Origin: Neoechinorhynchus agilis
Lineage: Eukaryota > Animalia > Acanthocephala
Length of the DNA stretch: 64,000 nt
Assembly: GCA_051530055.1 (NCBI GenBank)
Contig: CM121343.1
Span: forward strand, 1,520,389 to 1,584,388
Reading direction: 5' to 3'
Both the position numbers and the translations under genes were made by a program. The notes under the pieces were generated by a model that was not told where the DNA came from, did not search any database, and saw nothing but the letters and a program-made list of their open reading frames with translations. Below are positions 23,400-36,600 of the stretch, one piece after another (position 1 is the stretch's first letter; the number at the start of each line of letters is the position of its first letter).

Positions 23400-23900
23400 T
23401 CAGCCAATCGCTAGCGACCATCGATAATTTGCATGAGCGTATCGGACCCCCAGTTATCCTGAAACGCGATTATCTCCGATTGAATGTTGCCCTTTTCACG
23501 GCTCATAATTTTTCCTTGGTCACACGGCTCATTGATGGCCCAAAATTAAAAATCAAAGCTGGCAGAGTTTGTACATTCCGTAGTTGTGTCGAGGTGGTCA
23601 AGTGGCTAATGCCCTTGATCCCAGTTAAAGGTCAACTGGTTCCAATCCCGTTACCGCGAATGACGCATAACCACAGGGGATGAAATATTGCTGAAGGGAG
23701 GAAACTCACTGGTGAGTCCCGCCTCCCCGGGAGGTATCTGAGGATCCGGAGGAATGTACAAACTCGTAACCGTATGGTTCAGGGTATTAAGTGATTTTAT
23801 GTGCTTCCCTGAACCAAATCAATGGGTTTTGTGCCCAAGAAAAATTATCAGCCGTGGAAAAAGACCACACTTCAAACATAAATTTCTTTAATCGTACGTT
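23400..23900 (-). mobile_element. Decayed LINE AP-endonuclease fragment
   Basis: Remnants of SLYIPPDP, HPLW and NWGSD motifs occur in shifted frames. Segment 23741-23836 is homologous to 59783-59880. Confidence 0.5.
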
Positions 23901-25120
23901 GGCGAATCCTGTCCCCGGTGTTATCGTTACTCATTTATTTGAGAAATATTTTGCAAGATTTTCCTTTCCTCTTCCGCCTTGATAACGATGCTCAATCTTA
24001 TCAAATCCATGAAATATTTTTTCGTTATTGCCGAATAAAAGGAGTAAATAGCCACCGGGATCGTCCGTAAGTTATATCTTTACGAACACAATTAATCAAC
24101 ACATCAAAACTTCGAAAGCTAGTCCTAAGTTAATCTTTTTATCCGCTCAGTGAATTATTTCACCCCAGAAAGTGGCTAGTTAAGATAATTCTTTGTTTTC
24201 GATTACTTTGAGCAATGCAAGTTGTTGATGGATCATTTGCGCAGATATCATGAAAAAAGAACGATGATGTTGAGGCATTGTTCATATTAATGCTTAGAAC
24301 GGAAATGTTTTATTTTCAAAAATACTGAACTTCAATCTTATCCGCCTCATTGTCGAATTTTCTAATCTAGAAGCTCTATTTGCTAAATTCATCATATTTC
24401 TTCTAACTTTATTGTTAACTAAGATGTGTGTAAACTTGGGAGTCGTTTGATCGTGATTAATTCCGCATTTATATTACTTTCGCCCTAGAACACTTAATTT
24501 TTAATGTCATATATCATTGTCCTCGGGGTGAATTTGATTGTGCGTTGGCGAAAGAACGCACACTTAATTTTTATTTATTAACATTTGGATCACTTACTGT
24601 ATTTCGCGGATATAAAGCTAGCGGCGAAAAATTAAATGACACTTTTATATCCTTGCAGGAGTACACTACTGAGCCGTGGGATTAACTTCGCGGACATTAT
24701 CAAGGCCAGAAGAGATTGTGCTACCCTTTGATAGCCAATAAAACGATCTTCATAAGGCTATATGTTTGAGCTCGACGTTCGCTTTCTTCAAACATTTTTA
24801 GTTGATTCTGAAATGCTGTAATCCCGGATAAACTCACCGAGCGGTCAACATGAAAAATGTGCTTAGTTTTAAACGAGGCAACTGAATATTCGATGGATTT
24901 ATATTTAGTTAAGTAGTAAAAAGCCACTGAATAATCTTCCACACTAGCCAGATCAATCGAGAGGTTAGAAACAGAACCTTCACCTTTAATTAATCTTCTG
25001 TGTTCAATCTGAGTATAGTTTCAACTCTATTAGGAAATACAATCAAGATATCCTACTTAAATTATGCGATCTTTGAATATATGTTTCTTTATTATTATGA
25101 GTTTTATATGGTTTCTAAAG

Positions 25121-25800
25121 AATGCTGCGCGGCTGAATGCTCTCCCTGTAGGTAAACTTGGAAATCTCCTTGCTGACTCAGTCGTCAGGATCGCAGTATC
25201 CTTGAGATTGGGCCTACCGATTTACATCCCGCATCGCTGCCGCTGCGGCACTATAGTGGACTCTTCGGGGAGACACGGTCTCATATGCAAGACGTCATCG
25301 GGACGATTTCCAAGGCATGCTGAAATCAATGCCATTCTGAGTAGGACCCTAAAAACACTTTACCTTCCAAACATTCTAGAACCCACTAATCTTTGTAGAT
25401 TAGATGGAAGACGCCCTGATGGCGTGACCGTATTTCCTTGGCGGGAGGGAAAATGTTTGTTGTGGGATGCAACGAGTGTGGACACGTTGGCAAACTCCAA
25501 CATCAGCCACTCGAAAAAAGGTCCAGGAGGAGCGGCGACGGCTGCAGAGGGCCGGAAATGCTCAAAATACAGGGAGCTAATCCGAAATTACCATTTTGTC
25601 CCCTTCGGTGTGGAAACGTATGGGGCCTTGGGAGGGTCGGCATTGGCCCTGCTGAAAGACTTGGGGAAACGAATCAACGCTGCGACTGAAGAGCCAAGAT
25701 CGACGTCGTTCTTGGCGCAAAAAATAAGCATTGCGGTGCAGCGGGGCAATGCGGCTAGCATTTTGGCCAGCGCCGATGAATGGGAGCGTTGATGAAACTA
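25121..25800 (+). mobile_element. 5'-truncated CRE-like non-LTR retrotransposon with open C-terminal ORF (CCHC knuckle + restriction-like endonuclease)
   Basis: HRCRCG...HGLIC zinc motif, RHAEIN, RPDG...WDAT...AEGRK..KY (PD-D-K nuclease), FVPFGVETYG and ISIAVQRGNAASIL; stop at 25790-25792. Confidence 0.85.
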
Positions 25801-27189
25801 TAAATTATGTATGCTTGCTTAAAAAAACTCTTTCGTAAAAAAATCTAGTAAATTGCAATTATATTTTACCAAATGCGCTAAAACTACTGACATGTTGTTG
25901 TTTAAGATAATAAAGTTTGAAAACTTGGGAAACAAATACTTTACAATTTACCAATATGCCCTTTTATATAAAGTCAGTAGTCACATTCCTTAAAGGGAAT
26001 GCTGTCGTTTGCCCACTCGTTATATTGAATGGTGGATCAAAACCTCTGATATCGATAATTTGAGTAGATTCTTTACTGTGTGAAGAAATCACGTCTTCGA
26101 ACTAAGCTTATGCTTTCCTTAAGGTTTTAAATGGAATAATGGACTCATTAAAGAAACTGCACATTCGTGTGATATTTCGCTTGATCACTTTTAGTGTGCA
26201 GGAATTTGATAAGGGTTATTACTTTTGTCTATAGAATTGGAGGTTTTATGTATGAGCGAAAGATTAACTGCGGCTACTTTGTCTAAAATAGTAGATGAAA
26301 ACAAATTATTAAAGGTTGGATTAAATATCCGGCTCGCAAATGTCTTTAAAAACTCTCCACGGTCAAAATTGCAGTCTTTTGATGGACAAATGAAAAGTTA
26401 TGCTCTGCTGTAATTTAACTTTCGACCTATTGTGTTTATTCAATCTTATCAGGATTTTGTTCAGAGTCAAAGGTTGCCGCCACGTTTGCCATGACTCGTC
26501 CTTCAAGTTCATTATATCGCGAACAAAGATCTTTGAATCTGTTGAACATGTTCTCATACTTTGTCTTCCATTCGATCAGGAATAACGATATCCGTTGTAT
26601 CATTCCATTAATCTTTTCGTGACTTTCCTTGCTTAACATGCGGTTTTCGAAAGGCTGAATCCTCATTGTATTTGTTCAAATTGATTCTCCTACGCTGTAA
26701 TAAACGCAGTAAATTCAAATAAAAAATTTCGTATAAAAAAATTGCGTTAACCAGTTCATTTGCCGGTTAAAGTTATTCGATGTCATTGTACCGAACCTAT
26801 TTCACCCATAGGTAGCTTAACAGTTTTGGTCTCGGTTGCAAAATCAATTTCTTGAGATATCTACATTAATTTTGAAAGAGAACAAATTCACCGCGAAGTG
26901 TGCCTCCGGTCGATGCGTTGACTGTGAAAATAAAATCATCAGTAAATCAACTTTTTCTTCTTCTTTTATCCATAGAAAACATATACGGCTCTTTTCTTTT
27001 AAAAACGTAGCATTCTCCGATTTTTAAACACTTTTTGAAATTATGAAGCACTGGAAAGAAAACTAGTACATTCAGATGGATGCGAAGCGATGGACGATCC
27101 ATACACAATCAATTTCCAATGGTGTTCGTAAAGAGCAGAAGTTGGAAATAACAAAAAATTTGAAAACTCGCTCGATATTTGAGGTGCCG

Positions 27190-27272
27190 GTGTATGTGAT
27201 TGTTTTCACCCGATAAAATTTTTTTTATTAAAGACGTTTCGAACCTCGTCGGATTCATCATCAGTTCTAAAA
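27190..27272 (-). ncRNA. HH-A hammerhead copy with intact core (27264 to 27233)
   Basis: Minus strand reads CTGATGA-T-GAATC-cgacga-GGTTC-GAAAC-GTC-TTTAATAA, followed by a tail related to AATCACATTCCCCGG. The terminal inverted repeat is lost. Confidence 0.62.
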
Positions 27273-27599
27273 TGCAAGTGGTTAAATGGTTATTCTACTT
27301 TCAGTTGCCCTCATGATTGATTATATTGTTCCATTTTTTATCCATGAAGACAGGGTTTGTCATCTCGTTGGTCATATATATCCGTTTTCTGTTCTTTGAT
27401 TAAGAAGGCTTCTTTTAAAATAGCCGCTTAACAAACAAAGGTAAACTATTCGGCAATTACCGTCAAATGTCAACAAAACTTAATTTGGTTTCGGAATTCG
27501 AGCCCACATCATAAAACCACTTGTTAGTGAATTTCTATTAGACATTTCAACACCTTAACTTTTGAGCTTTTACTGGCTGCTTGCTTTCCTTTCCATAGT

Positions 27600-27800
27600 C
27601 CGTACTTATCCTAGCTCGGAGCAGGTTATCTTCTCATGAATGAATTTCGATCAAACTCAGTTACTAAAGAGCAAATGCTGTCGACGTTTGAGATCATTCG
27701 CCCATCAGGGCCTGGTGATTGAGTGTATTAAGCGATGCAACAATTAACGTGGGGCTGGGTTCTAACCGCAGCCAGGTCAAAATTGACCATCTAAGGGAAT
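27600..27800 (-). mobile_element. Decayed LINE RT N-terminal fragment
   Basis: IVASLNTLKSPGPDG (SPGPDG at 27701-27718) is followed by a SLVTEFDRNSF...PAPS* remnant with stops. Confidence 0.45.
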
Positions 27801-28607
27801 CCGTCGCTAACACCAGGTCTTTCTTAAGTTCGTCGGCAGATTAAGCGGAAGAGGACCTCTCGGACCCAATGGCTAACCCATGTTGACTGCGACCCGCGCC
27901 CTGCGGGGAGGTGGAAAAATATATCGGCAGCACGTTGCGACCAATTTCAACAAAGCCGCACTTTCATCCCTCTGTAAGGTGTTGCTGGCCCACTGGAACA
28001 CCTTAAATCAACTATTCGGCGGATGTTTCTCGCCCATCCTCTTCGATCGAGAACCGAACTAGAGGGGACGACATAGGAAATTAAATCGAAATGGGGATTA
28101 AGGCGATTTTTGTGTTTAGAATGTTAAAGAATCATAATTAAAACCAATAAAAATGCAGATGATTCTTTTCAATTGGGTTTCAAGTTATAAATGCAATAAA
28201 TGATACACTATTTTGATCTTTTCACTATCCTTCGTTTGAACGTCGAACATCGAATGTATTTCTAGTTTTAAGGACAGGATGCATCATCACTTAAACCTTT
28301 TTTTAATCCGTCAAGTACATTTCTAATAACTATTAGAAAATGCATCCAATCACCGTCGGACACATTGTAGCAATTTAAGAAAGCCGGAATTAAAAGTTTT
28401 TTTTTTTGAGGGACGAGTGTATTTGCTAGGCTGCATTATTTCTGCGGTTATAGAGTATCCTAATAAAAAGAAATAAGTGGAATAAGATAAGACGGCAGCA
28501 TTGATTAGCGTTGCTCAGCTACTCAAATGTTCGGAAATTCCCTCTTTAGAATAAATACATAATTTATTTTTGTTTATAATCAATCCTCCGTTCCAAAAGC
28601 CTTTAAC

Positions 28608-28793
28608 TCACAGGGTCCCATTTCGTAAATATTGGAGTCCATAATAAATGATAATTAAAAATACCACAAAGAAAGTCATTATAATAGGCATAATCGTTGT
28701 AAACCTATAGCAATAATCATAAATTTTTTTGGAATTTTTGCAGTTTCGCTTATCGTTTCCTTCAGCTACATTCAATGTTGTATTGTTGGACAT
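28608..28793 (-). CDS. 61-aa single-pass membrane microprotein, copy 1
   Basis: ATG-started ORF with N-terminal N-x-T sequons (NNTT) and a hydrophobic span IMPIIMTFFVVFLIIIYYGL; identical in both duplicate copies. Confidence 0.5.
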   Translation of the reverse strand: MSNNTTLNVAEGNDKRNCKNSKKIYDYCYRFTTIMPIIMTFFVVFLIIIYYGLQYLRNGTL

Positions 28794-29492
28794 TTTACTT
28801 TTGCGTCTTCGATACTTAACACAAAGCTTTTTAATTCGTCTCTTAGCAACGAGGATTTAATTGACGATTTTGAAAGTTGGCAATGCCATTCAAAGTTCCA
28901 TGGAATCAAAATAATAAGTTATTCAATCGAATGGCGCAAGTTTTGTAAGCTAAAACAGAAAATTATATCGAAATAAAGAGTAATGCGATTTTTATGTTTG
29001 GAGTGTTAAAGAATCATAATTAAGACCAATAAAAATGTAGATGATTCTTTTCAATTGGGTTTCAAGTTATAAATGCAATAAATGATACATTATTTTGATC
29101 TTTTCACTATCCTTCGTTTGAACGTCGAACATCGAATGTATTTCTAGTTTTGAGGACAGGATGCATCATCACTTAAACCTTTTTTTAATCCGTCAAGTAC
29201 ATTTCTAATAACTATTCGAAAATGCATCCAATCACCGTCGGACACATTGTAGCAATTTAAGAAAGCCGGAATTAAAAGTTTATTTTTTTGGGGAAGGACG
29301 AATGTATTTGCTAGGCTGCATTATTTCTGCGGTTATAGAGTATCTTAATAAGAAGAGTTAAGTGGAATAAGATAAGACGGCAGCATTGATCAGCGTTGCT
29401 CAGCTACTCAAATGTTCGGAAATTCCCTCTTTAGAATAAATACATAATTTATTATTGTTTATAATCAATCCTCCGTTTCAAAAGCCTTTAAC

Positions 29493-29678
29493 TCACAGGG
29501 TCCCATTTCGTAAATATTGGAGTCCATAATAAATGATAATTAAAAATACCACAAAGAAAGTCATTATAATAGGCATAATCGTTGTAAACCTATAGCAATA
29601 ATCATAAATTTTTTTGGAATTTTTGCAGTTTCGCTTATCGTTTCCTTCAGCTACATTCAATGTTGTATTGTTGGACAT
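29493..29678 (-). CDS. 61-aa single-pass membrane microprotein, copy 2
   Basis: Identical in nucleotide sequence to 28608-28793. Confidence 0.5.
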   Translation of the reverse strand: MSNNTTLNVAEGNDKRNCKNSKKIYDYCYRFTTIMPIIMTFFVVFLIIIYYGLQYLRNGTL

Positions 29679-30159
29679 TTTACTTTTGCGTCTTCGATAC
29701 TTAACACAAAGCTTTTTAATTCGTCTCTTAGCAACGAGGATTTAATTGACGATTTTGAAAGTTAGCATCCTTCAGTTGAACAAACATTCAAATGCTTAAA
29801 GCGTTACTACAAAAAGCATCCATTTACACTGTCGATCGACGTTGTTTTATTATAAAAAAAAGAATTACATTATTGATTTAATAGCAATCAGATTCTGTAC
29901 TGAAATTTAATCTGCCTCTCGAAATCGGTTTACTGATGATTTCCAAAGAGATATTCGATCCATATCAGTTAATAAAACACGCAGGTGAAACACTTAATTG
30001 AATAATATTGTGAAATTGATGTGGCGGTAAATAAAATACCAAAAAATGTTCCCATTTCCCTATGAATTGTAAGATTCTGGCACTGTAGACAAAAAGATAG
30101 TCAAGATATAAACTGTAATATGTCGCTCTTAGTATTTACATCGAATGTATTTCCTGTTT

Positions 30160-33100
30160 TAAGGACAGGATGCCTTATGACTTTTTTAAAGTCAAAAACG
30201 AAGCTCAACGCCTTCACGACATGGAAACAAAACTTGAAACATAGAATCGTCTTGAGAAAGTCTCTTGTAAGGATTTATACGATCTTGCAGCGAAAAAAGG
30301 AAGGTGTGCGATGGCACAAGCTAAAATTATGCTACTCTAACCGAATTTTGCTTTTTAAACAACTTTCCCCGCATGTAAAGAACACATCACATTGGGTTTT
30401 CGGTTTTCCGAAAGCTCTCGTATCCGAACGATGTCCGTTCCTGATTAATTCGCGGATAAATGACTCGTTCCACTGTAAATACGTTCCGTTTTCTTATTTA
30501 TAATCTGTGGTGGCTTTTAAGTCAAAAAGGAATCTTAACGTCTTCAAGGCATAGAAACAAAACTTGAAACATTGAATCGTCTTGAGAAAGTCTCTTGTAA
30601 GGATTGTAAGGAAGATCTTGCAGCGAAAAAAGTAAGGTGTGCAATGGCACAAAGAAAGGTGATTATTTTCAATAATAAAGCTAAAATTATGCTACTCTAA
30701 CCGAATTTTGCTTTTTAAACAACTTTCCCCGCATGTAAAGAACACATCACATTGGGTTTTCGGTTTTCCGAAAGCTCTCGTATCCGAACGATGTCCGTTC
30801 CTGATTAATTCGCGGATAAATGACTCGTTCCACTGTAAATACGTTTCTTTTTCTTATAATCTGTGGTGGCTTTTAAGTCAAAAAGGAATCTTAACGTCTT
30901 CAAGGCATAGAAACAAAACTTGAAACATTGAATCGTCTTGAGAAAGTCTCTTGTAAGGATTGTAAGGAAGATCTTGCAGCGAAAAAAGTAAGGTGTGCAA
31001 TGGCACAAAGAAAGGTGATTATTTTCAATAATAAAGCTAAAATTATGCTACTCTAACCGAATTTTGCTTTTTAAACAACTTTCCCCGCATGTAAAGAACA
31101 CATCACATTGGGTTTTCGGTTTTCCGAAAGCTCTCGTATCCGAACGATGTCCGTTCCTGATTAATTCGCGGATAAATGACTCGTTCCACTGTAAATACGT
31201 TTCTTTTTCTTATAATCTGTGGTGGCTTTTAAGTCAAAAAGGAATCTTAACGTCTTCAAGGCATAGAAACAAAACTTGAAACATTGAATCGTCTTGAGAA
31301 AGTCTCTTGTAAGGATTTAAGGATCTTGCAGCGAAAAAAGTAAGGTGTGCAATGGCACAAAGAAAGGTGATTATTTTCAATAATAAAGCTAAAATTATGC
31401 TACTCTAACCGAATTTTGCTTTTTAAACAACTTTCCCCGCATGTAAAGAACACATCACATTGGGTTTTCGGTTTTCCGAAAGCTCTCGTATCCGAACGAT
31501 GTCCGTTCCTGATTAATTCGCGGATAAATGACTCGTTCCACTGTAAATACGTTCCGTTTTCTTATTTATAATCTGTGATGGCTTTTAAGTCAAAAAGGAA
31601 TCTTAACGTCTTCAAGGCATAGAAACAAAACTTGAAACATTGAATCGTCTTGAGAAAGTCTCTTGTAAGGATTTTAGATCTTGCAGCGAAAAAGAAGGTG
31701 GCATGGCACAAGCTAAAATTATGCACTCTAACCGAATTTTGCTTTTAAAACTTTCCCGATGTAAAGAACACATCACATTGGGTTTTCGGTTTTCGAAAGC
31801 TCTCGTATCCGAACGATGTCGTTCCTGATTAATTCGCGGATAAATGACTCGTTCCCTGTAAATACGTTTTTTCTTATAATCTGTGTGCTTTTAGTCGGAA
31901 TCTTAACGTCTTCAAGGAAGAAACAAAACTTGAAACATTGAATCGTCTTGAGAAAGTCCTTGTAAGGATTTTAAGATCTTGCAGCGAAAAAAGTAAGGTG
32001 TGCAATGGCACAAAGAAAGGTGATTATTTTCAATAATAAAGCTAAAATTATGCTACTCTAACCGAATTTTGCTTTTTAAACAACTTTCCCCGCACACATC
32101 ACATTGGGTTTTCGGTTTTCCGAAAGCTCTCGTATCCGAACGATGTCCGTTCCTGATTAATTCGCGGATAAATGACTCGTTCCACTGTAAATACGTTCCG
32201 TTTCTTATAATCTGTGTGGCTTTTAGCAAAAAGGAATCTTAACGTCTTCAAGGCATAGAAACAAAACTTGAAAATTGAATCGTCTTGAGAAAGTCTCTTG
32301 TAAGGATTTGTAAGGAAGATCTTGCAGCGAAAAAAGTAAGGTGTGCAATGGCACAAAGAAAGGTGATTATTTTCAATAATAAAGCTAAAATTATGCTACT
32401 CTAACCGAATTTTGCTTTTTAAACAACTTTCCCCGCATGTAAAGAACACATCACATTGGGTTTTCGGTTTTCCGAAAGCTCTCGTATCCGAACGATGTCC
32501 GTTCCTGATTAATTCGCGGATAAATGACTCGTTCCACTGTAAATACGTTCCGTTTTCTTATAATCTGTGGTGGCTTTTAAGTCAAAAAGGAATCTTAACG
32601 TCTTCAAGGCATAGAAACAAAACTTGAAACATTGAATCGTCTTGAGAAAGTCTCTTGTAAGGATTTGTAAGGAAGATCTTGCAGCGAAAAAAGTAAGGTG
32701 CGCAATGGCACAAAGAAAGGTGATTATTTTCAATAATAAAGCTAAAATTATGCTACTCTAACCGAATTTTGCTTTTTAAACAACTTTCCCCGCATGTAAA
32801 GAACACATCACATTGGGTTTTCGGTTTTCCGAAAGCTCTCGTATCCGAACGATGTCCGTTCCTGATTAATTCGCGGATAAATGACTCGTTCCACTGTAAA
32901 TACGTTCCGTTTTCTTATTTATAATCTGTGGTGGCTTTTAAGTCAAAAAGGAATCTTAACGTCTTCAAGGCATAGAAACAAAACTTGAAACATTGAATCG
33001 TCTTGAGAAAGTCTCTTCTAAGGATTTGTAAGGAAGATCTTGCAGCGAAAAAAGTAAGGTGTGCAATGGCACAAAGAAAGGTGATTATTTTCAATAATAA

Positions 33101-33253
33101 AGCTAAAATTATGCTACTCTAACCGAATTTTGCTTCTTAAACAACTTTCCCCGCATGTAAAGAACACATCACATTGGGTTTTCGGTTTTCCGAAAGCTCT
33201 CGTATCCGAACGATGTCCGTTCGTAATTAATTCGCGGATAAATGACTCGTTCT
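30160..33253 (+). repeat. Tandem array of about 356-bp units (about 9 units)
   Basis: GTCAAAAAGGAATC recurs at 30521, 30877, 31233 and 31589. Units differ by a 26-nt segment flanked by AAG. Confidence 0.95.
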
Positions 33254-33611
33254 ATCTTTAATTTCATTTGACTTTTAAGTACGATGGATATTCTAACATG
33301 AAAGAATCGTTCATTTTGACCAGTGTCAACAAGGTCATTCGCAATGTCATGATTCATTCTTTTGCGAACTTAATTGCATTTTTCGTCTAATCGGATCTTT
33401 TTATTTGTGTTTTAGTAAGAATGTTCAATAGAGTAACGATTTTGGGATTTTATTGTAATATTACGGTTTTGATTTTGAGGTCTACCAGTACCGGAAATAA
33501 GCTTTATTTGTGATTTTGGAAGTAGAAAATTCTTTTAATCATAATTTTGATCAACGCGAAGGACAACTGCTCATAAAGTTTCTAAAATTGACGAATGCTT
33601 TTCTTTAGATT

Positions 33612-36600
33612 ATGCTTCAGTCAATTAGATTGAATTCGTCTAAATCGCCGGATTCTCAACAATTATCGAGTGTTATTGAAAATCGTCAACAGCGCTTTAT
33701 TGAATCTCAGAAGCGAGTAATCAGGGTTATTGATCTCAAACGGAACGAAGATTTCGGATTTGGGTTTTCACTTAAGGGTGAGAAACCCTGTCAGTTGATA
33801 AGTGTCCGTGGTCACGCCTTGGACGCTGGTTTGCGCGAAGCCGACATTTTGGTTGAAGTAGATGGTAAAAATGTGACTGATTGGCCCCACGACGAGCTGG
33901 TGGCACTTTTGTGGACTTGGCGTCGGACCGTGAGGCTAAAAGTAATGGACTCAAACGATAAAAATGCATTGCAAACTAATGAGGTCGTTCGCCCATTACT
34001 GGAATTTCGCGGAGCTTCGGCAGTTCCGGAACTTGAATCGGAATCTTTTCTTGAGATGTTACGTCAAATATTCTCTTGCGTGTTAGATTTACGAAATGGA
34101 CCATTTGAACTGTACGACAGCCATAATCGCATTAATTTATTGGCTACATTCATACGATCATTTGAGGTGAAACGTTCGGCTTTATGCAATCCTCGGACTG
34201 TTTCAAGCATTATAACTAAGTTAACAAATTGGTCGCAACGCCCCATAAATCGGACAGCACATATAGTGAGGATATATATGAACGAAAAGAATATGTTTGT
34301 CATTGAACCGATCGATAAAAATCAGTTGGAACCAATCGAGTCATTGGGTGAAACGCAATTATGTGTACCGGAGCAGAACTTGTTGGCGTGTGGACGATTT
34401 CAAAGTTCGGTAACCTCGATGTTAATGGTCCTGTTTGTGAAATTATCTTCACGTCGATTATGTCTTTTAATCGTGAGACGACGTGATGATCATTTGTCGA
34501 ATTCCCGCGACGCAACATCAAACCGAATCTCACAAGAAGACAAAACAAATCTTTATCGTGATCTGAATCAGTTCGATATTGGAGCACGGACTACAAGCTC
34601 GGACCATTGTGAAGGTTATGGTGAGGTAGGAAACTCTCATAGGTCAGGTTTTTGTACATACGAGCAGAATTTCCCTGAAATTTATTGCTAATTTTTGAAA
34701 CTAATCGCAATACGAATCACTTTTGTGCTTTTGCTCGCATCGAAAATTATCTTCTAGATCCTTAGAATGATCGAGTTTTTGTTGACACTTTTTTTGCGAA
34801 TTTATTTAGGCAAACATGGCCGATCAGGCTGATGAAAACGGCGGGAAAAATAAAGCCGATATGCAATTTCCTTGTTCAGACGCATATAAATTCAGGAGAG
34901 AAGGGTCGAAATCACATGAAGTAAGTTAAAATTGGAAATACACCATATTTTCTAATTTAAAATACAGAGAGAAAGTAAAAGTTCAATGCCATTGTGGAAT
35001 CATCGGAATGTGGCTAATGCAGTTGAAACAGTAAAACTACGTTAGTCAAGCACGACGGTGAATCCGCAAAATGCATTCAATTGTCTGCTTTTAAATATAT
35101 TTTCTTTTATTGTTCGTCTCGTTTTTGATCACCGATTGGCAATTTCCTGAAGCCTTGAAAATTTAGTCATTGGTAGTAAATCAGCAAACTTCGATAAGCC
35201 CGATTATTCCATGTCGAGTCCGGCGAAAGAGTATTTCTGCTTTGGATCAGCCCACTGATAATAATGAGAACAATGAATACACTTCCAAAACGTGTTTGGT
35301 AACTCAATCACGTCCAGAGGAAGATCCAACTGTTTTCAATTGGTCAGTATCGTTTTCCGACGTTTTAAATAACCCTGTTAGTCGACAAATGTTTCGGGTA
35401 CGTCGTAGTTTTCAAAATGTTTCAAAATCTCACCTACGTATGGTAGAAATTCCTTCGAATCGAGTTCAGTGAAGAAAATCTAGACTTTTGGTTAGCTTGT
35501 AATCAATACGGAAAGACGGAAAGCTGTGCCGAGAGGCAACGACAAGCAAGGACTATATGGGCTGATTTTCTTAATCCAAATTCCAATCGATTAATTAACG
35601 TAGTGAAACTCGAATTCATTGACTTTTTTATGCGAGTTTCTACCTGAAAGGTCAATGAAATAGACGACCGAATAAAAGACGCTTGCTTTACTCAAATTGA
35701 ATCAGAATCTAACGAATCCTTGCAAATTCCTCATAGAGAGTTATTTTTAAACATTCAGGTGCACGTAAGATCTTTCTTAACATTTTAATGAAATTTAGCT
35801 AACTCATAATCGTGTAGATTTACAATCTCATGAAATATGACGCTTATCCGCGATTTCTCAAATCCAAAATCTACAAAGATTATCTTTCTACATACAAAAC
35901 AACGGGGAACGTATCCGACAATCATGATGATGATTCCATTGCTGGTTTCTCATCTGACTCAGTGGCTCAAACTCTAACTTCCACGGCTGCGATTCCCCCG
36001 CCGCAAGACGCCCCTGTCAAAAATTTAATCACTGATAAACAATTTCAGGTACGTTTGAAGATTGAACTATCCATGTTTTTATATGGCGAAAAGCTTACAA
36101 GCAGCCTTGATAAAAGCACAAAATTTTGAATCCGAACTATCGGTTTCGATAAATTACTTCAATTTTTCTGCCATATAAAAATAATATCAGTTATATAATT
36201 TTACTTCTATCCAATTGTTCCTTCTAGTGGATGTGTATTCTCAATAGCGAATTGTAACATACTCGAGTTTATTGAAATCAACCTTGCGAATTTTCAAGGT
36301 CTCAGCCTCCTTCTCAAGCATTGTTTGCAAGTCTTTTAAGCGAAGGCCTTGAAAATCCGTAAGGTTGATTTCAATGAAACTCGAGTGTGTTACAATTCGC
36401 CATTGAGAATATATAATTTTATCTGAAAAATTCATTTATATTTACAAAGGGAAGTACACTGCTGATTTGAAGCGCTTAATAGTCATGATTAAGAAATGCG
36501 ATGATTCTATTGTAGCCGGAAATGAGTTTTAGTAACCAACTAAGACCTTCGGATTCTGAGCAACTCGATTCACTTATAATCAATACATAAGAATACTTCT

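Larger units (their letters stand above)
28103..29763. repeat. Direct duplication of about 780 bp (28103-28878 and 28985-29763)
   Basis: The two copies are colinear at an offset of 882-885 bp. Confidence 0.95.

Noticed and set aside
24560-26670. Possible minus-strand exons (24721-25000, 26436-26666) with GT/AG-like edges
   Set aside because: I could not assemble a phase-consistent model or recognise a domain.
30390-30410. HWVFG in the 356-bp unit as a Merlin/IS1595 transposase motif
   Set aside because: No accompanying DDE-region motifs are present and the frame is full of stops in other units.
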